Below, piece after piece: positions 8,018-17,084 of a stretch of DNA of 64,000 bases (the stretch's first letter is position 1; each line of letters starts with the position of its first letter). The translations under genes were made by a program, and so were the position numbers. The stretch is from an uncultured Bacteroidales bacterium (GTDB lineage: Bacteria; Bacteroidota; Bacteroidia; Bacteroidales; Muribaculaceae), in assembly GCA_959024545.1 (NCBI GenBank), contig CAUFFJ010000004.1, positions 12,584-76,583 on the forward strand. The letters run 5' to 3'. The notes beneath the pieces were generated by a model, which saw only the letters and a list, made by a program, of their open reading frames with translations, had not been told where the DNA came from and did not search any database.

Positions 8018-9433
8018 TCAGGCTGTGGCAGGCGAGGGCTCGAGAGTGAATCCGCGGTGCATCCAGCGGCGTGAACGCCAGCGGCGCATGAAGACTATGC
8101 CGCGCACGTTTTCGTCGAGCGTGAACATCCACCACATACCCAGAATGCCGAATCCCATAGGTATGCCGCATATCCAGGCCCCGACTACGGCTATCGACCA
8201 CATGAATATCAGCCCTACCCAGAATGGATAATTCACGTCGCCTGCTGCCTGAAGCGTATTGACGAACAGGATGTTGACCGGACGTCCCACTTCAAGCACC
8301 ACGTCTATCCAGAGTATGGCCACGGCCAGCGCTATTATCTCGGGATTGTCGGTGAGCGACGAGATTATCATCTCTCCGCAGAGGGCTATGGTGAGTGAGA
8401 AGGCGAGGGTGCAGCTGACGGCTACCCGGAGCAGCCAGCGCCCGAGCACGTATGCTCCCTGCCAGCGTGAAGCTCCGACCAGATGCCCTATTGTAATGGC
8501 TCCGGCATGGGATATGGATATGCAGAAAAGGTAGCCATACATTATTATGTTGACACAGTAGGTGCGGGCGGCGAGCGATTCTATGCCCAGCGAAGTGATG
8601 AAGTATGCTATCACGAGCTGTGAGCAGCTGTAGCTCATTGCCTCTCCGGCGGATGGCAGCCCGATTTTCATCAGGTTGTGAAATTCGCGTGTGGGAAAGC
8701 GGCGGAATATGTGCGTGGGGAAACGGCTTACTGTGGTGCGGAATACGATTACAAACAGTATCGTCATAGCTATTATGCGCGACACCACCGTGGAGAGTGC
8801 GGCTCCGCTGACGCCTAACTTCGGAGCTCCGAGTTCGCCGAAGATAAATGCATAGTTGCCGGCGATATTGAGGATATTGACCACCAGTATCACGAGCATC
8901 GGATATATGGCTTTGTTGTTGCTTCGCAGGGCAGCCGAGAGTGTCATGGCCAGAGCCTGGACGAAGGCTCCGGCTCCTACGATGCGCATATAGCCGGCGC
9001 CTTCCGCCAGAGCTTCTCCCTCAAGGCCCATTGCCTGTAATATCGGGGCCGCGAATAGCAGCAGCGAGAGGCTTATGACGAGGCCGAATACAAGATTGGC
9101 TGCCAGCGATACTCCTACTACGGTCTCCATACGGTCGCGCAGACGCGCTCCGAGATACTGGCTGCAGAGCACGGATGTGCCAAGATTTATTACCTCGAAT
9201 ACAAGGAAGCAGAACGAGAGCACCTGATTGGCGAGGCCGACTGCGGCGACGCTGATATCGCTGTGTCGTGAAAGCATGAATGTGTCTACCGCCCCCAGTG
9301 TCATCACCAGCAGGGTCTCTACCAGAATAGGCCCGGTGAGCTGGGCCACTTCGCGGCGAAGCGGCGACTTGCGCAGGCGGCGGAATGCATGGCTGCGTCC
9401 GGGCGATAAGGATATGGAGGGTGAAAGGTTCAT
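8018..9433 (-). CDS. MATE family efflux transporter
   Basis: 471 aa with ~12 TM segments. Contains ...VGLANQVLSFCFLVFEVINLGTSVLCSQYLGARL... A -7 box (caaagtta, 9491-9498) lies upstream. Confidence 0.7.
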   Translation of the reverse strand: MNLSPSISLSPGRSHAFRRLRKSPLRREVAQLTGPILVETLLVMTLGAVDTFMLSRHSDISVAAVGLANQVLSFCFLVFEVINLGTSVLCSQYLGARLRDRMETVVGVSLAANLVFGLVISLSLLLFAAPILQAMGLEGEALAEGAGYMRIVGAGAFVQALAMTLSAALRSNNKAIYPMLVILVVNILNIAGNYAFIFGELGAPKLGVSGAALSTVVSRIIAMTILFVIVFRTTVSRFPTHIFRRFPTREFHNLMKIGLPSAGEAMSYSCSQLVIAYFITSLGIESLAARTYCVNIIMYGYLFCISISHAGAITIGHLVGASRWQGAYVLGRWLLRVAVSCTLAFSLTIALCGEMIISSLTDNPEIIALAVAILWIDVVLEVGRPVNILFVNTLQAAGDVNYPFWVGLIFMWSIAVVGAWICGIPMGFGILGMWWMFTLDENVRGIVFMRRWRSRRWMHRGFTLEPSPATA

Positions 9434-9692
9434 GTGTCAGCAGTGGGTCAGAAAACGCTTTCCTGACAGTGCGAAAGCGGAAAGCGGCTGCAAAGTTAGC
9501 GATTTTTTCCGCCGGGGGCACACAATCGTGGGGCTGTGGTGCGTTTTTTAAGTAAATTTAAACAACGGCAGTGTAACAAGAATGCGCTGCCTACATCAAC
9601 TATATACGAAGCGAGACTCTCGCTACCGTTTATTGCCTCTGCCCGGGACGTGTCGGCGTTCCGGCTTTAACGGGAGGCAACCCGAAGGCATC

Positions 9693-10190
9693 ATGACCGA
9701 AGAGAATTTCAATCAACTCACGGGGCCGCTACGGCTCAGGATGCTCGCCTGCGCACTCACACTGCTGCATGAGCGTGAAGCGGCGGCCGACTGTGTGCAG
9801 GAGACACTGCTCCGTCTCTGGCAGTCGCGCAGCCGTCTGGCTGCCATCGACCGTCCCGAGGCTTATTGCATCGCAGCTGTGAGGAGAAATGCTCTTGATA
9901 TGCTTCGGCGGACGGCTAAATATCAGCAGGTCGATATTCTTGAGGCCGATGGGGCACTGACCGACGACACTCCAGAGCGGTCGGCCGAGATACGCGACCG
10001 GCTGCGTATGGTGACCGGTCTGCTCGGGCAGCTGCCCGAGCGCCAGAAGATGGTGGTGAGCATGAGTGCCATCGACGGCCTTGACAATGCCGAGATAGCG
10101 CAGGCCACCGGCATCAGCGACGAGAATGTGCGTGTGTTACTCTCGCGCGGACGTTCGAGACTAAAGGAACTTTATTCGCGTTTGCATTGA
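9693..10190 (+). CDS. RNA polymerase sigma-70 factor, ECF subfamily
   Basis: ORF 9582..10190; the likely start is ATG 9693 (MTEENF...). Region 2 (LLHEREAAADCVQETLLRLW) and region 4 (AEIAQATGISDENVRVLLSRGRSRLKE) are present. Confidence 0.75.
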   Translation: MTEENFNQLTGPLRLRMLACALTLLHEREAAADCVQETLLRLWQSRSRLAAIDRPEAYCIAAVRRNALDMLRRTAKYQQVDILEADGALTDDTPERSAEIRDRLRMVTGLLGQLPERQKMVVSMSAIDGLDNAEIAQATGISDENVRVLLSRGRSRLKELYSRLH

Positions 10191-10215
10191 CGCTTAAGAA
10201 GGAATTTTATTTTTT

Positions 10216-11214
10216 ATGCAAAATATATCACGAGATATCGATGACCGGCGGCTAGCGGCTCTGATCGCGAAGTGGGAGAGGGCTGAACTTTCGGCCGAAG
10301 AAGAGCTCCTGCTTGAGGAGATTGCTACGGAATATGTGCTGACACAGTCGGGCGAAAGCTGTCGGGGAGTCCGGGCATCCGCCGATGAAGGGCGGGCGCT
10401 CCATGGAGCGCCCCTACAGGGGTCGGCGTGCCTGAGCCATGATGCTGAGCTGCGCCTGATCGCTGATCTTACGCTTGCCGCCTGTGTATCGGCATCTGCA
10501 GCCGGCAGATGGAGTGAATCGGAACTGTCGGGTCTCGATGCGCGGTTTGACGATGCTATTCATAAGGCTGCTCTTACCGAAAGCATTTCGGATACATCGG
10601 CCAATGCCTTGGCAGGCAAGGCACGACCCTCTAAAGCTTTCCGCAGGAAGTGGCTTCGCTTCGGAGTAGCAGCGGCGGTGGCCTGTCTGCTTTTCGGCGG
10701 CGGCTTGCGACTGATGCAGTATGATGCGGCCGCCCCCGTAGGGGCGCACCATGGTGCGCCCGCCCAAGAATCCGGGGCGCGATTGTCCATCAATGGGGAT
10801 GCGCCCGAGAAAACCAATCCTTTATCCGGGCGCACCATGATGCGTCCCTACCTGGCATCCGCCTCCGATGAAGGACGGGCGCAACATGATGCGCCGAAGC
10901 AGCCATCTGCCGGGGGACGTGAAGAATCGCGACCATACGAACTGGCCTCCGATGAAAGACGGGCGCATCATGATGCGCCCCTACAGTCCCCCGACGTTAT
11001 GGAAGAGGACGAGCCCTCGCAGCCCGTCTGGCTTCCGGCCACGGCATCGCTGCCGGCTACCCGCGACGATGACTCGCCGTTGATCACAGCCAAAGCAATT
11101 ACTTCCACAGCTAATCATCTTGATGATGCTTTCACAAGCGGAGAGAAAAGCGTGGCCCACGTTGCCCTTCTGCTTGAAGATCTTTTCGGCGACGGCATAT
11201 CGCTTGATGAATAA
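10216..11214 (+). CDS. Anti-sigma-factor-like membrane protein whose central part is encoded by palindromic repeat copies
   Basis: 332 aa; positioned between the ECF sigma and the DUF4252 protein. One TM (RFGVAAAVACLLFGGGL). Peptide repeats ASADEGRALHGAPLQ / ASASDEGRAQHDAPKQ / LASDERRAHHDAPLQ / GAHHGAPAQ are encoded by GGGCGCNNCATGNNGCGCCC palindromes at about 10378-10990. Confidence 0.45.
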   Translation: MQNISRDIDDRRLAALIAKWERAELSAEEELLLEEIATEYVLTQSGESCRGVRASADEGRALHGAPLQGSACLSHDAELRLIADLTLAACVSASAAGRWSESELSGLDARFDDAIHKAALTESISDTSANALAGKARPSKAFRRKWLRFGVAAAVACLLFGGGLRLMQYDAAAPVGAHHGAPAQESGARLSINGDAPEKTNPLSGRTMMRPYLASASDEGRAQHDAPKQPSAGGREESRPYELASDERRAHHDAPLQSPDVMEEDEPSQPVWLPATASLPATRDDDSPLITAKAITSTANHLDDAFTSGEKSVAHVALLLEDLFGDGISLDE

Positions 11215-11250
11215 ATACTTACCTTAACAGCCTATAAAATACTTACTTAT

Positions 11251-11718
11251 ATGAAACCTATCCTTACTCTTCTTTGTGCCCTGCTGATGACGGTGGCCAC
11301 TGCTTTTGCCGACGACAACGCCCTCTTCAAGGAGCTGGCCTCGCATAACGACATCCAGTATACTTACTTCTCTCCGGCAATGCTCCAGGCATTTGGCGAC
11401 CGGCAGATACGCACTAAAAATTTCTCGATTTCCGCATCCGATCTTACAAGCGTAGAGACGGTAAAGACCATGGGCGACGGTAAGGCAAATAAGGCCGTGA
11501 TGAACCAGGTGAAAAAAATAATCAAGAATGAGAAGCTGGAGGTGCTTGCCACCAAGACAAGTCAGTTAGGAAGCTATTATACTATCTTAGGACGTCCGCA
11601 GAAGAAAGGGCGCCAGCTCAGCCAGCTGCTCTGTATCGATTTCTCCGCTGCTGAATTTCTGACCGTAACCTATCTCAGAGGCAATATTACCCTCGATGAT
11701 GCCCGGCTGCCTTTCTGA
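11251..11718 (+). CDS. DUF4252 domain protein (secreted)
   Basis: 155 aa with a signal peptide. It has the typical position after an ECF sigma/anti-sigma pair in Bacteroidales. Confidence 0.6.
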   Translation: MKPILTLLCALLMTVATAFADDNALFKELASHNDIQYTYFSPAMLQAFGDRQIRTKNFSISASDLTSVETVKTMGDGKANKAVMNQVKKIIKNEKLEVLATKTSQLGSYYTILGRPQKKGRQLSQLLCIDFSAAEFLTVTYLRGNITLDDARLPF

Positions 11719-11765
11719 AGGCAGCCGCAGGCCGATTATGGCCGGATAACGCTATTTAAGGCCGG

Positions 11766-13937
11766 TCAGTCGGCAAAGTCGACCGAAAGGCCCAGCATCA
11801 GCCGCCGCGGATTGACCGGGTAATGGGGCATCGAGAAATAGTCTTTTGAGAAAAGCCCCTGGTTGACGTGGCTCCAGAGTACATAGAATCGCACCTTGTA
11901 GAGCCGGGCCGTAATATAAGCGTTGCAGAATGCATAGTTGCCCACCTTGGTCTTGTCCTGCGTATGGAATGTCATGGTGGCCGGCTGCAGCTCCAGCCCG
12001 TAGTAGCGGGTATACCAGTCGCAGTCGATTCCTATCTGCAGGTCGAGCACCTTAAAGGCACGGAAGTGCAGAAACATATTGCTGTAGATGCTGAGCGCCG
12101 GCAGCGGTATCACTTCTTTTTTCGACGAGGTCTGATAGGTGATGGTATTATTCCAGTTCCAGATGCCGAACTTCAGCTTCTGGTCAAGCGTGGCCGAGAA
12201 TATCTGCACGCTGCCCCCATATTGGCGCGGCAGCGACTCTGAATCGAAGTATACGTAATTCTGCACGTTCTCCACTCCGGCGCGGAGCACAGTCCGCGTC
12301 CAGGGTATCGTCAGCTCGCCTCCCACGCGGAACGAACGCGTCTTGCCGAAGTCATTGTTCCAGTAGAAATGATTCGATATGTATTTCTGCAGCAGATAGG
12401 GGACGGCCGTGTTGCGGAAGAAGCCGTATGCCCTTATGCTCACCGTATCGCCCAGCATCCTGAACCGTGTCGAGATGTCGCCGTTGATGTCGATATCGCC
12501 GGCCACCGAGCCCATGAGTCCGAATTTGGCGTCGGCGTTATAGCGTATCACTGCCCCTTGCTGCTTATTGATGCGACCTCCCACCCAGAGCAGGTGCGAA
12601 TTAGCTTTCGGGTCGATCCACGTCTCGGGCAGCGGCGTTATCTCGTGCTCGCTCTCGTCAGGGATGTAAAGCTCCGGATTCACCTGGTCATAATGCCGGT
12701 ATTCGTATGTGGCGTATGCTGCCAGCCCGAAGCGGGCCCATTTCCTGAAACCCTCTATCATCGATATGCCGATGCTGTTCGAAAGAGTCCAGTACCGCGT
12801 ATGATCCTCTGTCCGGTCGGCATTGAAGTATGCGTTAGGCCAGAACTCCCGTCCCTGCTCGCCGTCTCGATTCTTGAACTCATGGTGGCCTGCCCGATAG
12901 TCGAGCGAATAGATTATCTTGGTTACCGGTATGTATTTCTTACGTGTAAGCGTATCATTGACCTGCTCCTCCTCCCAGTAGCCTATCTTATAAGCATGGT
13001 TCATATAAAACTCCATGCCGTTTACCCGGTTCTGCGCCCGCGTCAGACGCGTGGGTATGCTTTTGGCCTCAATCTTGTCGACACCTCCCTGAAGCACACC
13101 CGGGTCCATGATGTAAAGGTCGTCGGTGATTCCGCCGTTGGCCTTGATCACAGTATTGAAATGATTCAGGAACGTCTGCGCTTCATATCTGTCGCCTAAG
13201 TAATAGAAGCTCAGTCCGAAATTCAGATTTTTTGCCGCCTGATTCTCATAGCACCCCTTCGAATGCAGATAGTCGATGAACGCCCCTATGCCTATCCGAC
13301 GGTTCACATTGCCTGCGAAGTCGGCCTTAAGCCGGTTCTGCGCATTCTCCTTATTGCCTCCGAAGTTATAGCTCAGTATTGTCGTGGGCACATATACGTT
13401 GTAGAACTTTGTCTTCTCAAATGAAGGTATCCACGGCGCTATGGCATCGTTGAAAAAGAATTTCGAATAATACGGCCTCTCGAAAAAGAGCATATTTATC
13501 CCCTCTCCCCCCAGATTACCCTGCGAGGCGTATGCGTCCGAGATCATCGAGGGGATGGTCTGCCGCTGATAGTTATAGGTAAGTGTATCGATGGTCGAGG
13601 GGAAATGCATGCCCAGCGGCAGGTCGAGCGTCCATGCCGAGCCCTTGCGCGTCTCCGATTCAGGGAGCGACTTAGGCGCCAACTGACGCAAACCACCTGT
13701 TGGAGCGCCCACGGGCTCCTGCGCCGCGGCCGTAGCCGTCACGGCACATATCAGTAGCAGCGCACCATGGTGCACCCGAAAATTGCAGCAATTGCTCGTA
13801 GGGGCGCGATCATCCATTTTTTGGTGCGCCCGCACAGACGGATACCCCGGACTCGGCAGCGACGCTATTATCCGCGACCATGCGCGGATGCTGCGATGGA
13901 GGATACCCCTCAAATGATATTTAAATGCGTCAAACAC
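11766..13937 (-). CDS. Outer-membrane beta-barrel (putative porin-like) protein
   Basis: ~690-723 aa, aromatic/Gly-rich beta-strand pattern. The track's start at 13937 is GTG and lies only 5 nt from a -7 box (caaagtta, 13942-13949). The real start is probably downstream near 13777 (VHHGALLLICAVTATAAAQEP is a signal peptide) and overlaps a repeat copy. Confidence 0.5.
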   Translation of the reverse strand: MFDAFKYHLRGILHRSIRAWSRIIASLPSPGYPSVRAHQKMDDRAPTSNCCNFRVHHGALLLICAVTATAAAQEPVGAPTGGLRQLAPKSLPESETRKGSAWTLDLPLGMHFPSTIDTLTYNYQRQTIPSMISDAYASQGNLGGEGINMLFFERPYYSKFFFNDAIAPWIPSFEKTKFYNVYVPTTILSYNFGGNKENAQNRLKADFAGNVNRRIGIGAFIDYLHSKGCYENQAAKNLNFGLSFYYLGDRYEAQTFLNHFNTVIKANGGITDDLYIMDPGVLQGGVDKIEAKSIPTRLTRAQNRVNGMEFYMNHAYKIGYWEEEQVNDTLTRKKYIPVTKIIYSLDYRAGHHEFKNRDGEQGREFWPNAYFNADRTEDHTRYWTLSNSIGISMIEGFRKWARFGLAAYATYEYRHYDQVNPELYIPDESEHEITPLPETWIDPKANSHLLWVGGRINKQQGAVIRYNADAKFGLMGSVAGDIDINGDISTRFRMLGDTVSIRAYGFFRNTAVPYLLQKYISNHFYWNNDFGKTRSFRVGGELTIPWTRTVLRAGVENVQNYVYFDSESLPRQYGGSVQIFSATLDQKLKFGIWNWNNTITYQTSSKKEVIPLPALSIYSNMFLHFRAFKVLDLQIGIDCDWYTRYYGLELQPATMTFHTQDKTKVGNYAFCNAYITARLYKVRFYVLWSHVNQGLFSKDYFSMPHYPVNPRRLMLGLSVDFAD

Positions 13938-14305
13938 GCTGCAAAGTTACAAAAAAAACGGCATCGCCGCAACCCGGCGCCCAAACAGCGCCGGCCCTCC
14001 TTCCGTAGGGGCGCACCATGGTGCGCCCGCACGCTCCTGCCAGAAGCTCCGGATGCTCCTTTATCTGGCCTTAATCCGCATTAAATCGCGTTACTATCCA
14101 TACCTTGATGTGTTTTCGGGCGCACCATGGTGCGCCTCTACTGATGAGTGGCGAAGCGCAGGATAAGGTCGGCCGCGCGGCTTACCGTACCGGGCCGATG
14201 GTACGGGTTATCTAGCCTACGAACTGAGTATCCGTCTCTTGCCGGCACGGTTTGGGGCGCACCCCATAAATGGATGATCGCGCCTCCTTCGGCCGCACCA
14301 TGGTG
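13757..14305. repeat. Cluster of at least 6 copies of a GC-rich palindromic repeat (core GGGCGCACCATGGTGCGCCC, often flanked GTAGG...CCTAC), including an inverted pair of a variant copy
   Basis: Copies at ~13762-13782, 13798-13835 (variant ggggcgcgatcatccattttttggtgcgccc), 14006-14031, 14112-14131, 14254-14285 (inverted variant ggggcgcaccccataaatggatgatcgcgcc), 14283-14303. Confidence 0.8.
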
Positions 14306-15355
14306 CGCCCCTACTTGGAGCAGTCGCCGCAGTCCGGTCTCGATCTCGGCCTGACCGGCGCCGCAGTCGATCACACTCAGGCCACGCGCACGCCCTGCCT
14401 GACGGTTGCCCACATTCAGCGTCGGCACTCCCAGCGACGGCGCCTCTATCAGTCCGCTCGAACTGTTGCCGGCTACTCCAAGGCTATGCGCCACCGCCGA
14501 GTGATATCGCCGCGCACCCAGCGAGGCCACCGCCCGGGCCCTTTCAGGCCGCGCCGCACACCATTCCTCTATCAGCCGCCGCACAGTCAGGCCGCCGCTG
14601 TCGGAATTGGGAAGCGTGAAGAGCACCTTTACGTCATCGGGCAGCGCCGACTCAAGGGCATCGAGAAAGGCCTGTGTCTGGCTCGCTTCCTCACCCGGCT
14701 CCATCGTCGCCGGATGATACGTAGCCACTATATAGCGCTCTCCGAGCGCGAAACCGATGTCGTTTTCTAACTGCTCAAGCGGCATCGGGCTGAAGCGCGC
14801 AAGCTCATCAGCTGCCGGCGAGCCTATGTAGTGCACCGCCGAGGGGTCTTTGCCCATCGAGATGACGCGCTGCCGATATTCCTCGGTCGAGGTGAGATGC
14901 AGCGAAGCCAGTTGAGTGATGGCATGGCGTATCGAATCGTCGTAAGCGCCTAAGGTAGTCTCCCCACCGTGCAGATGGACTATAGGTATGCCGAATATCA
15001 GTGCCGCCGATGCCGCCGTCAGCATCTCGTAGCGGTCGCCCAGTATCACCACGGCGTCTGGGCGCAGACGTGCCAGCGCATCGGCCATGCCGTCTGCCTC
15101 GCGTCCCATTGCCCTGACGGTCGAGGCCGGCGAGCCATCATCATCTTCAGAGAGCATCTCCACACGCGCGTCTATGCGGAAGCCGTCGGCTTCTATCTCA
15201 CGCCATGTAGAGCCGTAAAGAGGGGAGAGGTGCATATTGGTCGCTATCACCTGCAGCGTAGCCTTCTCTTTTATAAGGCGCATGATAGGCGCCATGATGC
15301 CATAGTCGGCGCGGCTGCCCGTGATGAAGCATATCTTAGGCGTATGCATATCCAT
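14138..15355 (-). CDS. neuC: UDP-N-acetylglucosamine 2-epimerase (hydrolysing), NeuC-like
   Basis: 405 aa; MHTPKICFITGSRADYGIMAPI... ...HLHGGE... The C-terminal ~50 codons run into the repeat cluster. Confidence 0.75.
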   Translation of the reverse strand: MDMHTPKICFITGSRADYGIMAPIMRLIKEKATLQVIATNMHLSPLYGSTWREIEADGFRIDARVEMLSEDDDGSPASTVRAMGREADGMADALARLRPDAVVILGDRYEMLTAASAALIFGIPIVHLHGGETTLGAYDDSIRHAITQLASLHLTSTEEYRQRVISMGKDPSAVHYIGSPAADELARFSPMPLEQLENDIGFALGERYIVATYHPATMEPGEEASQTQAFLDALESALPDDVKVLFTLPNSDSGGLTVRRLIEEWCAARPERARAVASLGARRYHSAVAHSLGVAGNSSSGLIEAPSLGVPTLNVGNRQAGRARGLSVIDCGAGQAEIETGLRRLLQVGAHHGAAEGGAIIHLWGAPQTVPARDGYSVRRLDNPYHRPGTVSRAADLILRFATHQ

Positions 15356-15357
15356 TC

Positions 15358-16365
15358 TCAGATTGTTATAGGCTGGTCAGTATCAAAATCTCTTGTGGCG
15401 CCCCGGCCGTCGATCAGTGGCCAGAGCATCGGCGAGAGGCCGGCGCCGGCACGGCGGGCCACCACATTGTCGACAGTCAGGGGCTCCCCTTTGCGGATAG
15501 GGTATGCGGCGACCAGGCACCGGCGTGCGGCGTCAATATTCTTGGCCTCGGAGGGCGAGACGCATTTGCGTGCCGACCCCAAAGCCGCCTCCACATTGCG
15601 TATGCCGTTTACCAGCTCGCGCAGCTGCGCAGGGTCGAGCGAGGCCGCATGGTCAGGGCCGGCGGCATCTCTGCTGAGTGTGAAATGCTTCTCAATCACT
15701 ACGGCGCCTAAAGCTGCCGCCGCCAGACTCACCTCAATGCCTGCGGTGTGGTCGCTGTAGCCTGTGGGCAGTCCGAATGCTTCGCGCATGGTCAGCATAG
15801 CGCGCAGATTCACGTCGGAGTATGGCGTAGGGTATTCTGTATTACAGTGGAGAAGGGTGATGCTTTCGCGTGGTGTGCCCGAGTCCGTGAGCAAGTCTAT
15901 GGCCGCTTCGATGTCAGCGAGCGTCGACATACCGGTAGATAGCACCACCGGCAGACGGGTGCGTCCTATGGCCTGCAGATAGAAGTAGTCGGTGATTTCC
16001 CCCGAGGGCACTTTCATCATATCCACGCCTAAGTCGACCAGAAAGTGGATGCTTTCTTCGTCAAACGGTGTGGAAAGAAATCTGATGCCGCGCTGCCGGC
16101 AATGGGTAGCTATGGTGCGGAAGTCATCCTCGCTCAGTTCAAGGCGCCGCAGCATCTCCAGCTGGCCCGAGGCGCCGCAGTTGTCGCGCTGATACTGAGC
16201 GGTGGCCGAAGCTGCGGTAACGAGTTTTGAGGCGTGAAACGTCTGGAACTTGACATAGTCTGCTCCGGCTGCGGCCGCTTCGTCCACAAGCCGCAGCGCT
16301 TTCTCCAGCGAGCCGTCGTGGTTCACACCGGCCTCGGCTATGATGATGGTATGATTTCGGTTCAT
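15358..16365 (-). CDS. neuB: N-acetylneuraminate (nonulosonic acid) synthase, NeuB family
   Basis: 335 aa; IIAEAGVNHDGSLEKALRLVDEAAAAGADYVKFQT... The stop overlaps the neuC start. Confidence 0.8.
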   Translation of the reverse strand: MNRNHTIIIAEAGVNHDGSLEKALRLVDEAAAAGADYVKFQTFHASKLVTAASATAQYQRDNCGASGQLEMLRRLELSEDDFRTIATHCRQRGIRFLSTPFDEESIHFLVDLGVDMMKVPSGEITDYFYLQAIGRTRLPVVLSTGMSTLADIEAAIDLLTDSGTPRESITLLHCNTEYPTPYSDVNLRAMLTMREAFGLPTGYSDHTAGIEVSLAAAALGAVVIEKHFTLSRDAAGPDHAASLDPAQLRELVNGIRNVEAALGSARKCVSPSEAKNIDAARRCLVAAYPIRKGEPLTVDNVVARRAGAGLSPMLWPLIDGRGATRDFDTDQPITI

Positions 16366-16416
16366 GTGTCAAAGTATTGGGATAAGGTCGATTAAGGCCG
16401 GATAAGGGGATGCGCC

Positions 16417-17082
16417 CTACAGGGGCCGGAGAGGTGCGGCCGATACGTATACGCCCGACTCGGGGACATCGGCTGTAACTACGGCACCCATACCTATCGT
16501 CACACCCTCGCCGATCCGCACGCCATTGCGTATGCGTGCCCCAAGCCCGATAAAGCTGTCGCAGCCCACCTCCACCTCGCCGCCTAATACCGCCCCGGGG
16601 CCGATGAATACATTATCGCCTATACGGCAGTCGTGTTCCACTATGGCGCCGGTATTCACCACGCAATGCCGCCCGAGATGTGCACGATTGACCACCGCGC
16701 GGTGCATCACGGCACATCCCCCGGCTATCTCTGACCGCGGCGTCACCACGGCTGAAGGAGCCACAAGCGAGGCAAAGGTATAGGCTGAGTATGAGGCGAT
16801 GATGCGTGCACGCAGCCTCAGGTCGGGCCGTCCGCCGTAGACGAATGCGCAAAGTATCTCCACATCCTCGGGCGAGTAGCGCGCGCGGAAAGCTGCATCG
16901 TCTCCGAGCCACGGAAGCGGCATGGCGGCCGATTCGGCAGGGGCTATGTAGCCTGCTATTTCAAGGCCCGCCGGCAGTGCTTCGAGCAGTGACAGCGCAT
17001 GGCCTCCGCCGCCGATGAGCGCTATCGGACGCGCCGGTAGTAATGGTGTCTCCGACATCAGGTTCTCACGTTTTATAGCCAT
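16417..17082 (-). CDS. neuD: Hexapeptide-repeat sugar acetyltransferase (NeuD/PglD-like)
   Basis: 221 aa. N-terminal Rossmann-like IALIGGGGHA, then left-handed beta-helix repeats (IGDNVFIGPGAVLGGEVEVG...). Confidence 0.65.
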   Translation of the reverse strand: MAIKRENLMSETPLLPARPIALIGGGGHALSLLEALPAGLEIAGYIAPAESAAMPLPWLGDDAAFRARYSPEDVEILCAFVYGGRPDLRLRARIIASYSAYTFASLVAPSAVVTPRSEIAGGCAVMHRAVVNRAHLGRHCVVNTGAIVEHDCRIGDNVFIGPGAVLGGEVEVGCDSFIGLGARIRNGVRIGEGVTIGMGAVVTADVPESGVYVSAAPLRPL

Positions 17083-17084
17083 AA

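Noticed and set aside
7679-8231. ORFs 7679..7891(-), 7767..8201(-), 7806..8231(+) of 70-144 aa
   Set aside because: They overlap the tRNA-Ser gene and its promoter, have no protein-like composition (Arg/His/Pro-rich), and no start context. They are artefacts of GC-rich sequence.
11766-13937. GTG start at 13937 for the outer-membrane beta-barrel gene
   Set aside because: The -7 box (13942-13949) sits only 5 nt upstream, leaving no room for a transcript 5' end. The first ~50 codons are encoded by palindromic repeat copies. A downstream start near 13777, which gives a proper signal peptide, is more plausible.
13767-14084. 105-aa plus-strand ORF (Arg/Pro/His-rich) and other 60-170-aa ORFs in 13.7-14.8 kb
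   Set aside because: They lie within the palindromic repeat cluster or antisense to neuC. Their composition is dictated by the GC-rich repeats, with no domain signal.
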